Below, one piece after another: positions 58,942-63,874 of a DNA stretch of 63,874 nt (position 1 is its first letter; the number at the start of each line of letters is the position of its first letter). Both the position numbers and the translations under genes were made by a program. Source of the DNA: Gracilinanus agilis (lineage: Eukaryota); the NCBI RefSeq assembly GCF_016433145.1, contig NC_058131.1:289125886-289189759 (forward strand), given 5' to 3'. The notes under the pieces were generated by a model, which worked only from the letters and a program-made list of their open reading frames with translations, searched no databases and was not told where the DNA came from.

Positions 58942-60770
58942 TGTGTCGGGAGCTATTGAGAGAAATTAGAATCTCAAGTAGATATTTTTATCTGGACCCC
59001 ATCAAAAGATCAATACAGATCGGCAAAGCTGTGTATTGACTTTTCTCCCTATCATGGTCAAGACAGAGTGGGAAATCTAAGATAAAAATCCGAGATTCTT
59101 CTTTTGATTCCTTTTATAATTCTCGCCTTTCTTTAAAATGCATTTTATAGTCTTATTGAAAAAGCTTTGGGCTCTCAGTAATCCAGCAGGAGGGGGGGCT
59201 AACACTGTTCCCCTTTGACCAAGAATGCAGCTGCTTAGTACAGCCAAGGTCGAACCCTTAGCAGGGTATTTTGCCCAGAATTAAAGTAAAATAATAAGGT
59301 TCAAAAAAATTGTTTAATACCATCAAGGCTGAGAACTTCAGGGGCTTTCCGGCCTAACAAGATGTCCCAGAGTTCACTTAATGATAACACATATAGTTGA
59401 TAGGTTAGCATAGGTTTTTATCTACACCTGGAGACTTCTAAGGATTTTGTTTTGACTATAGTAAAAATACTGCCTTCTGTAATTGTGGGAAACTTTCTTG
59501 GGCTTTTGGGGGAAGGGGATCTTTAACTTTCTATATAATAAACTGGTGACTCCATTGTACCTTGGAGCACTTTGAGCTAACAAGCTGTGCTTCCAATCTG
59601 TATCGTTCTTTACATCCAACGACCACCCTAGGCCACTCAGATAAGTCTCTGGTTATAGAACAGGATCTCTATAAATGGTGCCTAGAACAGAGACTTTTTG
59701 AGCAGAGCTGCGAAGAGCCTGCTCTTCACTTGGTTGGGTCTCTGGAGGTGGGATGGTGTGGCAAAGAATGGAGTGAAAACGAGCCAGAGTGCAAGTCAAA
59801 TTACAGAGGCTGTTCCTTCTAGTGCCATCTGCTGATTTTCATTTTTATACCCTTTTTTCCTTATGATCTCATACAGGTTTTCCCATACTTTCAAAATCAC
59901 ATATTAACTTTTGAAACATCACAAGATTGGCATTTACTAATTATCTTACTGTGGTTAAACAAAGAAGCAAGCTTGTCAAGAATTATTCATTATGGCCTGG
60001 CTTAGTTGGAACTTATTCTTTTCAGCCATCTATAAGGTACTAGAACATCATTTCCTAGCTAAGCATAATAGTTGATTATATTTTAACTAATTAAATCATG
60101 TATATAGTTACGTTATACTATTCATTCCCATCATAAATCAAGGAGATAGTTATGGTAGTTGATTACATATAATAAGATACAATAATATCAGTCTGGTCCA
60201 AATTTTGTTCCCATGCTGTTCTTTCTGCTATAGGGTTAATAAGAATGCAGTTCTGGTAGGGTGATTCTGTGCTAATTTGTCATTCCTTAATTTCCTTGTG
60301 TTTCACTGTTTCTTTGGTCTGTAGGAGTTTGGGAACAAACTCAGGCCAGGTATTTTCTTGCTGGGAACTTTAGAAACTTGCATTAACTCGCTAACTGCTG
60401 TTTTTTTGCTGGGCTGATTCTAGGGGAAATTTCTATACTCTAGGGGGTTGTATAGGTGTTTATTTTTGGGATAGTGGGTAGTCTATGGCTGTGATTGTTC
60501 TTGCCATGAACCTGTATTGTTTTTCTGTGTCTCCTTTGAGCTGGATAAGGACATTGATTGCAATAATTTCAATGGAAGTGAATGTCACTGTAAAAAGAAT
60601 CACATAGGGTAAACTGAGTGTAGAATTTCCATCCTCCTGACAATCTGCCATGCTGGATTGTCAGAGCTTGTGAGTAGCTGTGCTAAACCTCACAGCCTTG
60701 ATAGCTTCTGGCACAGAGCAAATGCTTTTTCCCCCCAGCCAGAGTACTTCCCAATTTCAGGTGGCTAGGA
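58942..60770 (-). mobile_element. ERV 3' remnant: possible integrase tail and env, PPT, short 3' LTR (~58942-59205)
   Basis: Minus strand aaaggggaacag followed by TGTTAG; TG...CA ends; TATAAAA and AATACA motifs. An env-signal-like hydrophobic ORF at 60460-60651. Confidence 0.6.
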
Positions 60771-60779
60771 CTCTTGCCT

Positions 60780-61936
60780 ATCCATCTAGTGGCGGCTCAA
60801 GAGAAGACAATGTGAGGGATTACAGGTGAGTAACTTTGATCTTTTATCTTTACACTTTGTCCTTTTAAAATACCATCATGGGGCATAGTGAATCTAAAGA
60901 GAGAAGGCTTTTCATTGACATTATCAAATATACCCTCCAAAAGAGAGGAGTGACAATAACTAGGCAACAGATTACAAAGTTTCTTGCTTTCATAAAAATT
61001 TGCAGCCCCTGGTTTCCAGAAGAGGGAACCATAAACTTAGAGCTATGGAATAAACCTGGCCATGATTTGCAAGAGTACTATTCTAAGTATGGACCAGAAA
61101 AAGTGCCAGTGGAATCATTTGCTTTATGGTCCTTATTCAGGGATGCATTAGATCCCAACCATGAGAGTAAAAAATTGGAGAAGGCTGTTGCTCATATAAT
61201 AGCCACAGAAAAAACACTTCTGTTATCTAAACAAAATTCTAAAACTGAAATCTATAAGGTACCATTGTCAGATTCAGAATCTGATGACAAAGATAGTGAA
61301 TCAGAAGAGGACCTTTCCCTAGAGGATAAGGCACTAATTAAAGAGGAGGTGGCTCACTTTCAAATTGAAAGGAGCATTAAAATTCCTAAAAGGAGAGTAA
61401 TACCAACTGCCCCTCCTCTACCTGAAGTACCCTTTGTAACACAGAATAGAAGAAATAAAGCAAAGGTGCTTCCACAACCCAGAGATATAGGTTACAAAGG
61501 AGCTCTAAAGAAAGCTCAGGAAGAAGGGGACATGTCATTTTGTTTCCCTGTCATTTTTAAAGAAAGTGATCCTGGTCACAGTGATGAAGAGGAGGAACCC
61601 ACATGGGAACCTCTCCCTTATAAAGTATTGAAAGAACTTAAAACAGCTTGTACCTCTTATGGTCCTACATCTCAATTTACATTAACTTTAGTAGAAACAT
61701 TGAGAGGTAAATGGATGATGCCCTATGATTGGAAAAGGACCACTAAATCCTCTTTATCAGGAGGAGATTATCTAGTATGGAAAGCTGAATATTATGAAAT
61801 TGTTGGAAAACAAGTGGCTCAGAACAGGAAAAGGGGCAATAGAGTGACTAAAGAAATGCTACTTGGAATAGATGAATGGGAATTACATGCAGACCAAATT
61901 CATTTACCTAGAGAGTCTTTAATTCAGTTTTTATAA
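60780..61936 (+). mobile_element. Betaretrovirus-like (class II ERV) leader and truncated gag; open ORF 60878-61936 (352 aa)
   Basis: MG myristoylation start; HERV-K-like matrix (SPWFPEEGTINLELW...WSLFRDAL); PTAP late domain (61403-61414); capsid N-terminal domain (YKVLKELKTACTSYGPTSQFT...PYDWK). Donor cag|GTGAGT at 60826. Confidence 0.9.
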
Positions 61937-61949
61937 CGTGATATAAATT

Positions 61950-63874
61950 CAGATTTATAACGTTTATAGCCCTCAAATCTTGGATGAATTGATAGAGATA
62001 TTTGCCATCAGGTCCCAATTTTGTTTTTTTAATAGGGAGGATGGGCATATTGTATTCAGATTTATAGGGAATTATGATGCCTTGGTCAATTTGTGAATTT
62101 ATTACCGGGGTAATGCCCTCAATTGTCTCCTTTGAAAGAGGGTATTGAGGAATGGAAGGAGGTAGGCTAGATTTTGTTTTAATTTGGACAGGGACAGCCA
62201 GTTTAAGTAGGCCAACATCAGAAGATGATGTGGCCCAGAGAGATTCAGATATATCAGTTGGGATCTCAAAAATGGGAGATTCCTTCATCTCTTGGTTGTC
62301 TTAAAGAAGTAAAGAGTGTAAAGTCAAGGATTCTTCTAGTAATTCCATTGACATGGAGCCTTCTGGAGAGCAAGTTATTATGGCTCTAAGCTTGCATAAA
62401 AGATCTTTCCCTAGCAAATTTATAGGGGAGCCAGGCATCAAGAGGAAAGAGTGCTCCACACTCAAGGGATCTACAGACACTATTCTAGGGGAAAACTTTG
62501 GAACCTTTAGGGGTGACCCAATATTCCTACTACATTTATTGAGTCAATGGAATTGCAATCTGAATTAGGTGTGCTCCTCAATACAGATCTTGAAGCTCCT
62601 GTGTCCAGAAGACAATCATAGTAATTATTGCCAACTTTTAAAGTCACATGAGGTTCATCACTATGGTGGGACAGTGGACAGGGACAATGGGGTAGTAAGG
62701 CATTGGGGTCTGGAAAATCAAAGGTTATATCCTTTGATTCCTATGTCCCAACCATCCCCCTACACCTTCATAATGTTTGGGTAGTTCCTTGGGCTTCCCA
62801 CTGAGGGACATTAGCACCTTGAGTACTTTGGGGAGGAGTTCCTCTTAAGATGTACTGTTGAGGTTTGGGCTATCAGTTATTTGATTTAAATTTCTAGAAT
62901 TATAATAATTTTTAAAGTTGTGATTCCTGGATTCATTATTATAATTATTAATTTTAAAATTGTTTCTATATTTATTATTCCATTAATATTCCATAGAATA
63001 TTATTTCTAATTACTTGGAAAAAGTTCCTACAGTTCATCATTATGTGACTCTTCTTTCCAAAGAAGTGGCAGGTAAGGGATCGATAGTTAGGTTCTTGGA
63101 GGAGGCAAGTGCCATTGGTTGAGTATTGAGTATCATAATCTTTTTGTTTATCAATTCTGTTAATTAAATATTTTAATTCTTTCTGGACCTTTTCTAGTAA
63201 ATCATTAGTTTCTGATTATTTTTCTTTATTGACTTTAAAAACATATGCAGCAGTTCACCTCAACTCATCAATATCCATTTCAGGCCACTTTGGGCAATAT
63301 CTTTTAAAGTAATCTTGGACTACTTTGCAACAGTTGTTTGTTGAGAGCCATTGGATATAGAGAGCCATTGGAGAAACAGGGTCAAATTTAGGGCCTGTTA
63401 TCCGGATTCCCTACATGACCAATCCAGGCTGAGGCAGTCTTTGTAATTGGTCCTGGTCACCTGAGCCCTGAAAAGCTCTGGTACCAGCAGGTAGGTTAAT
63501 CCAAAAACAACTTGACCCCTTCAAGAGGCTATTAGGAGTCATTTAGAGAAATAGAGTCTGTAATAGATGTTTTATCTGGATCCCATTATAAAATCATCGA
63601 TAGTAAAACTGTGTGTATGGTTTTTTCTGCTCTGCATGTCAGATAGAATGGGCTATCTAAGGTAAAAATCTGAGACTCCTCTTTTGACTCATTTTTAGAT
63701 CCCCACCTTTTCTCAATATTCTTATTGGAAAGCTTTGAGTCCTTAATCAGACCAGCAGCTACTGAGTTAACAATTTCTCTCCTTGATAATTAAGAAGCCT
63801 AAACCCTAAAAAATATATTACTTAGATAAAGACTGGAGCCAGACAATTTAGTCCAGGCTATCTGACCAGGTGCA
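61950..63874 (-). mobile_element. Class I ERV gag-pro-pol fragment (decayed), running off the window end
   Basis: RT N-terminus PQYPLSKETIEGITPVI...YNMPILPIKK...QDLRAIN; protease LLDTGAS (DTG at 62597-62605); degenerate zinc knuckle CHFFGKKSHIMMNC (63030-63071); capsid C-terminal remnants. Confidence 0.9.

Noticed and set aside
60789-60810. tRNA primer-binding site for the beta-like gag (TGGCGGCTCAAG...)
   Set aside because: Only TGGCG matches a Lys-type PBS and there is no adjacent 5' LTR end, so it cannot be assigned.

Overview
Marsupial genomic DNA, most likely opossum (Monodelphis or a close didelphid), judged from the abundant SINE1_Mdo-type CORE-SINEs, Mar1/RTE-tailed SINEs and hAT MITEs. 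The window is syntenic with human 20q13.12. I reconstructed three complete genes exon by exon: TNNC2 (+, 6 coding exons, 160 aa), UBE2C (-, 6 exons, 180 aa) and DNTTIP1 (-, 13 exons, 329 aa, one GC-AG intron). The main finding lies in the 2.3-kb gap between TNNC2 and UBE2C. It is an intact two-exon, 228-aa gene homologous to RGS9BP/R9AP. It lacks the R9AP transmembrane anchor and ends instead in a di-cysteine plus a CaaX box (CVVA), so it is a candidate prenylated third membrane anchor for R7-family RGS/Gbeta5 complexes. Head-to-head with DNTTIP1 lie decayed exons of a WFDC3-like WAP-domain gene invaded by rearranged ERVs, including a 352-codon open betaretrovirus-like gag. A sense solo LTR in DNTTIP1 intron 11 has a TATA box, ATG and splice donor in frame with exons 12-13. 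The rest is L1, L2, MIR, about 30 SINEs (including a composite dimer and a 3' transduction), MITEs and microsatellites. All family assignments come from remembered sequences; no database searches were run.
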